Source: Azolla caroliniana
Lineage: Eukaryota > Plantae > Polypodiophyta
Assembly: GCA_043228905.1 (NCBI GenBank)
Contig: JBHGNT010000004.1
Location: 14,570,001-14,634,000, forward strand
DNA: 64,000 nucleotides
Direction of reading: 5' to 3'
Made by a program: the position numbers and the translations under genes. The notes below the pieces were generated by a model. It saw nothing but the letters and a program-made list of their open reading frames with translations. It made no database searches and was not told the DNA's origin. Shown piece by piece: positions 35,701 through 47,298 of this stretch; position 1 is the stretch's first letter; each line of letters starts with the position of its first letter.

Positions 35701-36251
35701 CTGCAGAATTAATCACAGGACAGAAGCCAATAATGCCAATTGAAGAAAAGATAACTACATGGGCTGTGTTGCCTTGGGAATCAGAAATGAGTAGGGAAGA
35801 TTTACTTGCGGTTCGAATACGACAACTTCAATCAAGGACAAAAGACATAGAAAAAGCAGCTACTAGATTGAAAAAGGCAAGAATCAAGAATAAGGACAGA
35901 TTTGACAAGATGAAAAGAATACGACCAAGAAAAGTGCAAGAAGGAGATTGGGTATTAGTATATGATAATAGCCTAGATAATCAATACAGTACTATTCGAA
36001 AGTTTGCAAAAAGATGGTTTGGACCTTCTGAAGTTAGGAAAATAACAGATAAAGCCACATATTTCCTCAATGAATTAGATGGGACAGAAATTCGTATCCC
36101 AATTGCAGGAAAAAGGATTAAAATATTTAAAAGGAGGGAGTCATTAGAGCCTGAATTTTATGAAGAAGTAGAAGAACTAAAAGAATCGGAAGAAGTGTTG
36201 GACGAACTCTGCACAACCAATGTGCAGGTTCGGAGGGGGTGGGTGTCGTGA
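32790..36251 (+). CDS. pol: G4 RT-RH-IN in the -1 frame (first ATG 33000; frame open from 32790)
   Basis: DLYSGYDQ...LPQGATNS...FLDDVPIKG, RH LTVDSS...ETDC, IN HRG...CPTC, KWMIDLV, YNPEANGKVERGH. Confidence 0.93.
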   Translation, partial: FLDRAFTGRGCDSPSIKENPINNNVNKDIPCTISSNGATFILKVNNNKIQNAFEFFKCSGLIDDDEEIQDMFEELSFEDTITHLEAMEEDNEIQVPVHSIKMYEVIEEVARKDHEAHVLTKYKTVEKKVRPIAAPLPGDSEKAIKEAATEPMIRDPRKVGHVITPETIQGMKIGGGDFLLPAEEKQFREMLKRHGKAFAFQPEEIGCVDPEIVEPMVIFTIPHIPWNFKPIPMLRARIPQLLELLKEKIRMGILEPSNAPYSSQWFTVLKKDGRLRFIQDMQPVNKVIIQNSGVGPIVDEFAEMFAGRAIYSIGDLYSGYDQFQLAIKSRDITSIKTPIGLVRMCTLPQGATNSVAHMMNGMNKVLCDFIPHITMPFLDDVPIKGCKEEEKNEELDESGCRQFVADHIKDCEKVLSRMEEVHLTLSGAKSICGAKEILIVGHMCGPYGRKPSPTKVNAIQNMQEECTSISEVRRFLGVCVFYCKWIPHYAHLSEPLYRLLRKGETFEWSEEHSEAMKKLKYYLAQAPPLKQPNYTRPIYLTVDSSPIGIGWVISQQDREERYPVRFGAKVLSGRQRKYAQVKRELWGIVTAVKTDRDYLIGAEVIIETDCLPILGIIANCDIPDQAMLRWCIYIRSINPEVRHISGNRNAVADMLSRARYEEEEIPDSYDEDKEQTVLTTSITREGGMQFLEEEYEEEFKEIGKYLQTPDKYKGRSGKEFAQFRKKAYKFFLHEGYLWRHPKTKTGNPQRVIGFEGQRKEIIRELHDKEWAGHRGVWATFSKIKERFWWPRYYEQIKKYVETCPTCQYYSNVKFCDELHPTYSPGVHYKWMIDLVKMPLGVGQKRYLVLAREDLTNQVEGRSLRTKGTLGVCQFILEDIVCRYGCIGKIVADRGELNSAEAQDFFDKIGIRLSLTMAYNPEANGKVERGHGPIVKALAKAYRGRVSDWPKTLPYALWADRTTHSTVTGYMPAELITGQKPIMPIEEKITTWAVLPWESEMSREDLLAVRIRQLQSRTKDIEKAATRLKKARIKNKDRFDKMKRIRPRKVQEGDWVLVYDNSLDNQYSTIRKFAKRWFGPSEVRKITDKATYFLNELDGTEIRIPIAGKRIKIFKRRESLEPEFYEEVEELKESEEVLDELCTTNVQVRRGWVS

Positions 36252-37115
36252 AGAATGTGCTTCACGATATAAAAATGAGCTTAAATGTTGTATTTAATAA
36301 TATTTGAGAGACTTGAACCCACATCCTTATATATGATGTACAATGTACATACCACTAGGCTAGGCTATTTATTTGTAAAAGTGTGTAATAAATGTGCTTC
36401 ATGATATAAGAATGAAGCTATATATTGTATTAAGTAAAATTGAGGGACTTGAACCCTCAACCTTGTATACCAAGCACCAACCATACACCACTAAGCTAGG
36501 TTAGTTATTTTAGAATGCATTTTTATCATTATAATTATCTCATATCTACTTTCATACATAGCCATCATTCATCACATGCAATGCATGTGCGCCAAATGGC
36601 GATCATGCATTACATGTAACTCATGCATTGCATGCATGCCATGCTCCCATTCATTACCATATGCATGGCAACACTTATATAAAGAGGGGCAAGGAAAACA
36701 AGAAAGGAATCAAGAGAGAGTGAGAAAATAATACAATCAATTAAAGAAGACTAGCTCATTGGGTGGAGAACCTCTCGTTTTGAAGTTGAGGTCGTGGTTC
36801 AAATCAAGGGTCGATAGAGAATGTGTTCAGTTTGTGAAAGAGGATTGTAAAGTTGGTAAAATATTATATTTTTAATATACATCATGTTTATATCATATAC
36901 TCTTGTTCCTTGAATCATACTTTGTCTCAATCTTCTTTCTAGAATCATCTCTCTCTCTCTCTCGCACACACACACACATTACTCGTAACTCTTCTTCTTA
37001 CTATCCTTAACCACTCTATCATCACCATACAAGCCTTATTAAAAGTTAAGTTTCTTCAACTCCCCTTAACCTTAGTCCCCGCGACTTCGCTGCACGAACC
37101 ACAACTACCCCGACA
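36244..37115 (+). repeat. G4 3' LTR
   Basis: Direct repeat of 29770-30642. Confidence 0.95.
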
Positions 37116-37545
37116 ACGCGAAATCCGGAACACGTGTCGAAGCGGATTTCGGATACCGTCTAAAACCGACCCGACTTGAGCTTGAGGGGGCGTGTTGAGA
37201 ATCAAGCTCAACTTGGTCTAGTGTGTGAACTCACCTTGACAGTGAATAGACACTCCAACGGTCAAGAGTCACCACTATGTCACCACTTTGTATTCTAGCA
37301 TTTAGTATGAGTCATAGAATCATATTCTATAACACATAACTTATGAGCTTTCACATTCCCTATGCTCCATGAGTCTTGTAGTTAATGAAGAGAGTGGGTG
37401 ACTATATAACGCACCCTCCTCCCACTTTGTATAATGTTAAGTCTTTCTCCTTTGTTAATATAATCTACCTTGCGTATACTCTGTGTCTTACTCCTTGTCT
37501 CACTCACTCACTCTCTCTCTCATACACACACATAGTTCACACATA

Positions 37546-40385
37546 GTATTGGCATCGCGGTCTTGTAGAGGATGCAACAATCCATTGTGCCGTTCACATA
37601 TCGTAGAACTCGCTTAGCGCAATCCAAGTGAGTATCACGTGGTGTTTGCATGAATTGGCTAAGGAAACCGACTAGATAACTGAGATCGGGTCGTGTGATC
37701 GTGAGGTAGATGAGACTCCCGATGAGTTGCCGATACTAAGTCGGCTCACACGCTTTGGTGCCGGAGTTCGCATCGAGTTTGAGATTGCGATTGAGCGGGG
37801 TTGCCACGGATTTGCACTCAACCAGTTGACGATGTAGTGCCGTTCAGAGATCATGATTCCGGCCGGAGTCCGAATTACCTCGATGCCGAGGAAGTAGTGG
37901 AGCTCCTTCATGTCCGTCATCTCGAACTTGTCGGAAAGGAGGGATTTGACCTTATTGATTTCGACGAGGTGCTCACCTCCAAGGACTAGGTCATCGACAT
38001 ATAAGATGATGATGATCGGACTTCCAGAATCGCTTTGTATGTAGAGGGAGTTGTCCGATTTTGACATACGGAAGCCGATTTGATGAAGATATTGCGTTAT
38101 CTTCGAATGCCAAGCACGCAGTGCTTGCTTGAGGCCGTAGAGTGGCTTCTTGAGTCGACAAACATCTTTCGGATGGGTACTCGAGTTGAAGCCGGGTGGT
38201 TCGATCATGTACACCTCCTCTTCTAATTCGCCTTAAAGAAAGGCATTCTTGACGTCCATTTGATGGAGGTGCCACCCTTTCGCTGCGACAATCGCAAATA
38301 CGGTCTGAACCGTCGTCATCTTTGCCACCGGAGCAATGGTCTCATCCTAGTCGATGCCATGCATCTGAGCGTATCCTTTCACTACGAGTCGAGCTTTGTA
38401 GCGGTTTACAGAGCCATCGACGTTATACTTCACCTTGTAGATCCATCTGCATCCGATCGCCTTTTTGTGTGGTGAGGTGGGAACGAGATCCCACGTATCG
38501 TTCTTCCGTAGTTCCTGCATCTCCTCGTTCATGGCTTCGATCCATCGCGGATCCTTGGCTGCTTCGGAGAATGTTTCCTGCTCGCGTACTGTCGCCACCT
38601 TCATCATAAAGGCATAGTGATATGCCGTGTAGTCATTGTAGCCAAATCGGCTAACCGTATTCTTTTCAAGGGTGGAGCGGCGGAGCTTTTAATTTGCAGA
38701 GATTAGGGCTTTCTTAGCTCTGATTGGTACGTCGAAGCCGCCGAACTCACTGTCGAGTGAGTGAGTCGATTCATCATCATCGAAGCGATCGTCTTCGTAT
38801 TCCGCCATTTTCGTCTTGCCTTTGTCCATCTTCGGGCTAGGCCGTGATGTGCTTTGATCGCTCGGAGGCTCGTGTGTTCCGCTTAGTTGGGTCATGATCG
38901 GACTTTCTTCGAACATGTGCGTAAAATGATCTTCATCCTTTATCTCTTGTTCAGTGGATTCCGGATCGAGCGGAGCCGGAGTCGAAGTTGTCTCTACTGC
39001 GTACAAGGATGCGAACTCGTCAAAAACGACGTCTCGTCTTACTCGAGATTTTTGAGTTAAGGGGTTGTAGCACTTGTACCCCTTTTGCTCAAGTGAGTAT
39101 CCTACGAGGATACATTTCTCCGACTTTGGGTCAGGCTTTTGACGCTTCTCGTCGGGGATGTGCACGAATGCTATCGCACTGAATATCCTGGTGTGCGATA
39201 AGTCCGGCTACTTTCCGAAGTATTTTTCGTGCGGAGTGAACTCGTGCACACCGAATGTTGTGCACCGGTTCATTAGGTAGACAACCGTATTTGCAGGTTC
39301 GGCCCAATATGACTTGGGCATATTCTTCTCGTTCATCATAGCCCGCGCTACCTCGAGGATGTGCCGATTTTTGCGCTTGGCTACCCCGTTTTGGTGCGGA
39401 GTGTGTCAGCAAGTGAATTCTCGCCGAATTCTTTCCTTCCGGAGATACGCCGTGAAATCGTCCAAGAAGTACTCCTTGCCGCCATCCGATCGAAAACAAC
39501 GTACATGTGGGCCCGTGGCTTTCTCGACTTCATTCTTGAATATTTGGAAGTGTCCAAACACTTCTCTCTTTTGTCGCATCCGGTAGATCCAAGCATGCCT
39601 GGAGAAGTCGTCGATGAAGAGCACGTAATATCGGCATCCGCCGAATGTAGCCGTGTGCGCCGGTCCCCATATGTCAGAATGGACTACGTCGAGTTGTGTT
39701 CATACATTCCGCCACGATCTTCGTAGTCGGAGTTGTGCCCATACATTCTGCTATACTCTTCGTAGTCAGAATTGTGCGCGTAATTCGTGAGTTGTCGGCT
39801 TGTGGAAGCCGATTCACGCATCTTCTTTCGGCACTCTTCTTCGTGGTGGCCGAGCTTTCCGCAATATCCACATTTGCTTGCGTTTTGATAGCTCGGGCCG
39901 GAGTGGAAGCTCCCCCTTCTTGTGAAGGTTCCTCATTGGCTTCCGTTTTGCGGCCGAAATTGGGAGTTGTTATCGTAGGTTGGACCTCGTCCGCCTTGTC
40001 CTTGGCCGAATTGGCCTCTCGACCGTTCGCGTCCTCTTCCTCCGTTCGAGTGCGTGTAAAGCATGTGGCCTTCCGACTCATTGTTCCTTGTACACACGTG
40101 GTTTTCTTCAACCAATAGCATTGATTGGAGCTCGAGGAAGGAGGGAGATTTCTCCCGTGCTAGAACAGCGGTTCGCATCGCGCCGAACCGTGGTGCAAGG
40201 CCACCGAGGCATATTTGAACCATCTTATCATCATTGATATTTATGCTTATTGAGCCGAGTGAATCGCAAAGCTCCTTGATCTTCGAGGTGTATGTCGTAA
40301 TGGACATTTCCCTTTGTTGAATGTTGTTCAACTCTTGGCGGAGTTGAAGCCTTCTTATGGTTGTGTTCGCCGCGAAAATCTTTCG
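37546..40385 (-). mobile_element. LTR-less C4-family Copia fragment, inverted relative to C4, with an internal ~0.7-kb deletion
   Basis: Reverse complement of ~25500-26220 plus ~26926-29100 with scattered substitutions; deletion junction near 39693 at microhomology ACTC. Confidence 0.9.
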
Positions 40386-40792
40386 ACAAATGCCTTTGTT
40401 TGTCTTTGCTTGTGTTCCAAAGCTGACATGGCCTATATTCTTTCTTCCTCTAACAGTAATAAGGCTTCTTTCCGAATTTGTTCCGACTGCAGTTCATTTA
40501 ATTCTTCAGTTGCTTGTATTCGGAGTGCCGGAATATGAAATTCTACTGGCATTACGGCTGCTAATCCGAAATCCATTCGCAAAGGAGTTGATTTAATAGA
40601 TGTTTTATAAGACGTCTAATATGCCCATAAAGCACTCTGAAGCTTTTGATCCCAATTTGTACGATTTTCATTGACTATCTTTTTGAGTATTGTCTGCAGT
40701 GTTTTATTTGTCGATTCTGCTAATCCATTTGCTTGTGGATAGTAAGGAGTGCTCTTTTTATGAACCACTACGTAATATGTGGATAGCTCATT
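40383..40792 (-). pseudogene. pol: G3 integrase, downstream part
   Basis: STPYYPQANGLAESTNKTLQ...ALWAY, continuing the integrase at 44504-44778 across C6. Confidence 0.85.
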
Positions 40793-40796
40793 TGAC

Positions 40797-41080
40797 GGGA
40801 ACTCAACGCTCCTTATGCACGACGCTCGGCCACAACCGAGCTTAGAATCATACACAGAAAACAGGAAACGGGAAAAAAACACGACACAAAGGAGAGAGAA
40901 AAGGTACACAGGATGTTTACGTGGAAAACCCAAACTAAGGGAACTCAACGCTCCTTATGCACGACGCTCGGCCACAACCGAGCTTAGAATCATACACAGA
41001 AAACAGGAAACGGGAAAAAAACACGACACAAAGGAGAGAGAAAAGGTACACAGGATGTTTACGTGGAAAACCCAAACTAA
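40797..41080. repeat. ~142-bp tandem duplication in the C6 3' LTR
   Basis: GGGAACTCAACGCTCC...CCCAAACTAA is present twice, but only once in the other LTR. Confidence 0.9.
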
Positions 41081-41387
41081 GGGAAAAACCACGGCAACCC
41101 ACAGGCTGCGAACTATCACTATGTTGGAATGTACAAATAGTGAGTTCACGGAGGCAACGACCTCGTGCTCACGATCTTCGCCACAGGCGGCGGTTACAAC
41201 AGAGGCAGCGACCTCTTTCTCTCTCTCTCTCTCTGTACACTGTTACGTGCTCTCTCTTCTTCTTGCACCAACAAGAAAAACCACAACGTAAGTTTGCCCT
41301 AAGTCATATTTATACTAATATGACTTTTCGGCTATTTACAAATATAGCCTCGATGGGTTCTCAGAAACATATTTACAAATATGTCTC

Positions 41388-41560
41388 TTCGTCCGGTTCT
41401 CACCGGGTCTGTATCATCCGGCTCTCCATAGCCGGGTACTCCTCATCCGGTTCATACCGGGTCTGCACCATCCGGCTCTCCGTAGTCGGGTACTCCTCAT
41501 CCGGTTCATATCGGGTCTGCACCATCCGGCTCCCCGTAGCCGGGTACTCCTCATCCGGTT
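41388..41560. repeat. 54-bp tandem repeat, about three copies, in the C6 LTR U3
   Basis: Unit CTCATCCGGTTCATACCGGGTCTGCACCATCCGGCTCTCCGTAGTCGGGTACTC. Confidence 0.88.
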
Positions 41561-44503
41561 CTGTTCTTCTCTCTTCCCATCCGGAGGGACCTGTCTCCCA
41601 ACAAACTCCCCCTTCACTCAGGCATGGGGTGTCTTACCAGTCCGATTCTCTTCCGGCATGCCTCTAGCTTGTCGGGTATCAGCGCTTTGGTCTGCATATC
41701 TTCATCAGCGCGAACTCCTGGTCATCTACTCTTTCCCGGATCCATGGCACTTAACCATTTCAAGCTGTGGGTGTCTTCCTTCGCTTCTTCAAAGCTTTTT
41801 GGCTCCCCCTCATCGGTCAGCAGAACATGCTCTACATCCGGGAATCTCCGGGGGGCCCTTCTCTCTCTGAGAGGATATCTCCGACTCTAGGCTTCAGTGA
41901 CCGGCTCATCCATCTGCTCTTCATCCGAATCCGATTTGGGGTCTTGGCCGGTTCCGGTTTCAGCTTCCTCTACTTCTTCTTCAGCCCGTTCGGTATCCTC
42001 ACCATAACCGTCTAGTCCCTCGAGTCCTAACCGGTCTCTTGCCGGTTGGGTCGGCTCATCGTAGAGTCGATCCTTACCGTTCGACTCGGAGTTCATTATC
42101 TTCTTCTCCGACTCCCAGTCGGCGAGCGTCTTGTCCTCCATGAAGATAATATCTCGGCTCTGGAATACCTTCTTGTCGACCAGGTCCCACACTCGGTAGC
42201 CGAACTCATCGTCACCGTAACCGAGGAATATGCATGGCCCGGTCTTTGGATCTAACTTTCCTCTCTGGTCCTTAGCTATATGCACGTACGCGAGACACCC
42301 GAACACCTTCAGATGCCGGTAGGATACTTCCTTACCGGTCCACACTCTCTGTGGCGTGTCTCCGTCCAAGGGTACTGAGGGTGATCTATTTATCACATAT
42401 GTCGCTGTCGACAGTGCCTCAACCCAAAACTTCTTGGGTAGTCTTGCATACGCTAGCATACTCCGGACCCTCTCCATTATGGTCTGGTTCATCCTCTCGG
42501 CCAGTCCGTTTAGTGCCGGCGTCTTTGGCACAGTAAATTCGAGCCGGATTCCCTTCGAGCGGCAGTACTCCTCGAACTGCCCCCGGTATTCTCCTCCGTT
42601 ATCTGCTCGAACCACCTTTAGCTTCCGGCCGGTTTCTCATTCCACTCTCGCGTGGAGCTCTTTGAAGACGGATAGCACCTGATCCTTCGTCTTCAACGGT
42701 GTGGCCCACAGCTTCCGGCTGTGGTCATCTATGAACGTCACGAAGAACTGCGCTCCGGCATGTGACTTTGTGTCTACTTGACACACATCCGTATGCACCA
42801 ACTCCAATGGTGCATTACGTCTCATCGGTGGCCTTGGTTGGAAGGAGGTCCGGTTTTGCTTACCGTCCAGACAATCAGTGCACTTCTCCATGTGCACGTT
42901 CTTCACTGGAATGAGGTTGTCATCTGCACGCCTCTTCATCCCCTTCTCGCTCATGTGACACAGCCTCTTGTGCCACCGCTCACCGGTAGTGTCGGATGCC
43001 ACGTTCACTTCTTCCGGACATAATCGGGCATTCATCAGGTACAATGTGTGGACCTTCCGGGCCCGAGCCACAATCAGACTCCCTTTGCTGAACTTCATGA
43101 CACCGTTCCGGATGCTACCCGTGTAGCCTTCATCATCTAGCCGACCGGCTGATATCAGGTTCAGACGAACCTCCGGAACGTGTCGGACATCCTTCAGCAG
43201 CAACTTGCATCCGGTTGGTGTTGTCAGCCACACATCTCCTATGCCGACAATTCGGCATGTACCTTCATTCCCCATCCGGACACAGCCGTGATCACCGGCT
43301 GCGTAGAATGAGAAGCATTTTCGGTCTGGGGTAAGGTGGAACGACGCTCCGGAGTCGACCACCCAGGTCATCTCGTCGCCGGCAAGGTTTATCTCACTCT
43401 CCTCGGTGATGAGCATCAACTCTTCTTCACTTGCCGCGATTGTCGTCGTTCCCTTTCGGTCCGGCCCCCTCCAGTCTTTACCGTTCTGGTCCGGGGTCCG
43501 CTTCGAATCGGTACTGTCGGTTTCCTTGTCTTTTCGGAAATGCCGACAGTTCTTTTGGAAGTGACCCGGCTTGCCCCAATAGAAGCAAGTAGGCCTCCCC
43601 CTTGACTTTGACCGTGTCCCCGACTTCTCCCGGTTCTGGGGACTCCGGTTTTTGTGTCTTCCGCGTTCCGATTCGGTAAGGAGCGCTTTGGATTCGGAGC
43701 TCGTATCTTTATCTTTCCGACGCGCCTCCTCATCCAGCAAGCTCAACTTCACTCTTGCTAGGGATAACCGTTTTCCTTCCGGCCCGGCGTTGCCCAAAGT
43801 GACAACCAACGTCTCCCAGCTATCCGGGAGGGAACTGAGTAGGAGTAGCGCTAGTACCTAATCGGCGAGAGGTACTTCCAATGAAGTTGCCTGGTGGATC
43901 AGCCCCTGGAAAGCATTCATTTGCTCCGCCATGCTGGAGCCATCTTGGTACCGGAGTCTTACTAGCTTCCGGAATTCCGAAACCTGATTAACAGCATTTT
44001 TGTTTTGAAACATTATGCCGATCTTCTCCCAGAGCTCATGAGCCTTGCTCTCTTCATTGAAGTTGTTGTACAAGCTCATGTCGATGAAGCACCGTATATA
44101 CGCCGTTCTCTTCATGTGCATCACCTCCCATATCGTGGCATCGATTTTGTCCGGTCTCTTGTCCCCAAACTGAACCGGCAACCAAAGATCTTTTACCACG
44201 AGCATATCCCTCATCTTCGACTTCCACACTGAATAGTTGGAGCCGGTGAGCTTGAACATGCCGCCCAACGATTCGTCCATTTTCTGTGTCGTTTCGCTCT
44301 GATACCACTTGACGGGAACTCAACGCTCCTTATGCACGACGCTCGGCCACAACCGAGCTTAGAATCAGACACAGAAAATAGGAAACGGGAAAAAGCCACG
44401 ACACAAAGGAGAGAAAAGGTACACAGGATGTTTACGTGGAAAACCCAAACTAAGGTAAAAACCACAGCAACCCACAGGCTGCGAAGGGACTTGTCTCCCA
44501 ACA

Positions 44504-47298
44504 TCATTTACAATTTTATTAATAAACTGTGTACCTTGATCACTTACTAATTCTATCAGACACCCAAATCGACACCATATATTTTCGTACAAAACTTTTG
44601 TTGTTGATGCTGTCGTATTGTCCCAGAGAGGTTTAGCTTCTACCCACTTTGTACAGTAATCTGTGGCGACTATAATGTAACGATTACCTGTGCGTATGGC
44701 TGCTGGTTTAAATGGACCGACAAAATCTAATCCCCATTTTTGAAATGGCTCCAAAGGCAAAACGGGTTGGAAAGGCATTCTTTCCTTTTATGTGGGTTGC
44801 CCCAGTCTTTGACATAAATCACATTTTCGACAATAGTCCACTGCATCGTTCATTACTGTCGGCCACCATAAGCCACTGTTTCATATTTTTCAGGCTGTAG
44901 TTTCTCCGACATAATGACCACCTGCAATACCACAATGAGATTCTTGCAGAATTATCAATCTCTCAATTTGTTGTATTGTCCTTCTCCAAATTCCGTTTGC
45001 CCCTTTATGATAGAGAGTATCGTTCAGAAAACAAAAATTCCAACTTCGAACGGCTAACCTTTTCCTTTCATCCGCCGATAGATGCTCGGGTAGTAGCCCT
45101 GTTGTAAGAAAGATTGTCATCTCAGAGATCCAAGCATCCTTGCTTTCCTCATTTATTTCTTGTACCCGTACTACTTCCACTCGAAAGAGTTGTCCATCCG
45201 GAAAATCATCTGGCACACCTATGTCTTCTTCTCCTAACTCTAGTCGGCTAAGATAATCAGCAATCACATGTTGTAAAATGTCAAACTCAAATTCTTGCAG
45301 TAGTAATGTCCATCGTGCTAGCTTACCAGTTAATTCTTGTTTAGAGACCAAATAGAGAAGAGCAGAATGATCGACATGGAATGTAAATTTCTTACCCAAA
45401 AGGTAGTGGCGAAATTTATTGATACTATAAATCATTCCTAACGCTTCCCTCTCGGTTGTTGAATAATTTCTTTCCGCTATCGAGAGTTTCCGACTAGCGT
45501 AATACACTGGTCTATACCAGTTTGGTTCAGATAACTGCATAAGTGCACTACCGATTGCTATATCAGATGCATCAACGAACACATGGAAGGGTTTATTCCA
45601 GTTAGGCGGTTGAACCACCAGAACATTAGATAGCATTTTCTTGAGACACTCATACGGGTCTTGTTCCACACCTGTCCATTGAAAAGGAACTTTATGCACC
45701 GCTGTGTGTAGAGGAATGGCAACATCTGCCAGATATCTAATCATCCTGCTATGCCATGTAATCTGCCCCAAGAACCGACTAAGGCCCTTAGCGTTTGTAG
45801 GTGATGGTGCTTCTAATATGGTCCTGACCTTGTCTAGGTCAACTACAATTCCTTCTTGGCCGACAATATGGCATAATAGTGCCCCACTAGTAACTCCAAA
45901 CGCGCATTTTTCCGGATTCAAGCTGAGCCGACCTTCCGACATTGCTCCAAACATAGTCGTAAATGTTCGAAATGTTCCGCTTTCCGGCTATACACGGCGA
46001 AATCATTCAGGAAAACTTGCATAAATGCGGGAATGTATTCCGCAAAGATTTCCTGTATAACCCTTTGAAATGTGGGCGGAGCTGTTTTTAATCCGAACAT
46101 AATTACTACTACCACAAAGACTCCCCATTCAGTAATGAAGGCTATCTTTTCTTGATCCTTCGGATGCATCCTTACCTGATTATATCCACTAAATCCATCC
46201 AGGAAACTATACATTTCATGACCAGTGACTGCATCCAATATCCCATCCATAAACGGTAATGGAAATGCGTCTGTTACTGTTGCTACATTTAGTTTCTGAT
46301 AGTCTACGCATACTTGAAATTTTCCATTCTTTTTCGAAACAACTACAATTGGACTTAGCCATGTAGCTTTTTTAACCGGTCGAATAAACCCTACCTTCAA
46401 AAGTTTATCTATTTCCTCTTTAACTTTAATTGCATAATTAGGATTTAAACGATACCTGCGTTGTTGAACTGGTTTCACATTTTTATGCAAGTTAATTTGG
46501 TGTTGGCAGAAAGCCGGATCTAGCCCTTTCATGTCTTCAAAAGACCAAGCAAAAACATCTTTATATTGCTTTAGTAACCCAAGTAACCTTTGTTTATCCG
46601 CCACTCTCATATCTTTATTTAGCCACCAACATTGTTTCTGGTTCAAACCCCTTATCATCTTCTGCCAAATTTACTTCCTCCAATGCCGAAGCCTGAACCC
46701 GTTGAGATACCTTCATTTCTCTTTTGGTAGCTTCATGCTGCATTCGGATTTCTTTCATTGTTTGGTCATCTAATGGTAATTCCTCTTGTGAATCCATGTA
46801 CGGTGTCAGGGTTTGTAATCTGTCTACTTCGAACAAAGGGATAATTTTTGGGTTATCATTAAAATAATGATTCTCTTCGACCTCATCTAGTCCTTCCATC
46901 ATATTTACGGCCTCCGTATGAATTGGCAAACATTGTTTGCTTGTCGTAATCTTATTCTGAGTAGTCTTGCCTTTCCGGAATGTTAATAAATTCTTATTCC
47001 AATTTTGCTTAATATTAGCAGTTTTTAACCATGGTCGACCTAAGAGCAAAGGATATGCTCCAAGAGTTTCCAAATGAAGCACCACTGCTGATATTTGAAA
47101 AGTGTGACCTCCTAATACGACATCCAACTGCCGGAGTAACCCGATTGGTCGTACCGTACTAGTATCAGCCATCCTTAGCCAAAATGGACATGCTTCCCAT
47201 TTGGTAATGCCAAGCCTATCACAAGTATTTCTATTAATTACATTCACACCTGAGCCGCCATCAACAATAACACCTTCTATTTCTTGCCCATGGATTAT
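44504..47298 (-). pseudogene. pol: G3 PR-RT-RH-IN
   Basis: VDGGSG, FLDGFSGYNQ, VFVDASD...YYASRKLS, FQKWGLDFVGP; colinear with G2 pol. Confidence 0.9.

Larger units (their letters stand above)
29770..37115 (+). mobile_element. Gypsy G4, apparently intact, tRNA-Trp PBS, 4-bp TSD
   Basis: LTRs 29770-30642 and 36244-37115 (about ten differences by eye), TSD ACGC (29766-29769, 37116-37119), PBS TGGTGAACCCGACGTGAA 30647-30664, PPT GGAGGGGGTGGG before 36244, two open ORFs. Confidence 0.96.
24674..37541 (+). mobile_element. Copia C4 (Ale/Retrofit-like), degenerate, carries G4 in its 3' UTR, 3' LTR truncated
   Basis: LTRs 24674-25060 and 37193-~37541 (last ~40 bp and right TSD missing), PBS TGGTATCAGAGC 25061-25072, PPT TTGAGGGGGCG before 37193. 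Confidence 0.9.
40793..44503 (-). mobile_element. Copia C6, internally deleted (most of RT-RH lost), LTRs of unequal length
   Basis: TSD TCATT (40788-40792, 44504-44508), 3' LTR 40793-41603, 5' LTR 44310-44503, iMet PBS 44296-44307, PPT next to 41604, ORFs 43858-44280, 42637-43809 and 41887-42615, deletion junction near 41744. Confidence 0.93.

Noticed and set aside
25500-40385. Foldback or TIR DNA transposon
   Set aside because: The inverted arms are Copia coding sequence, with no transposase, terminal motif or shared TSD.
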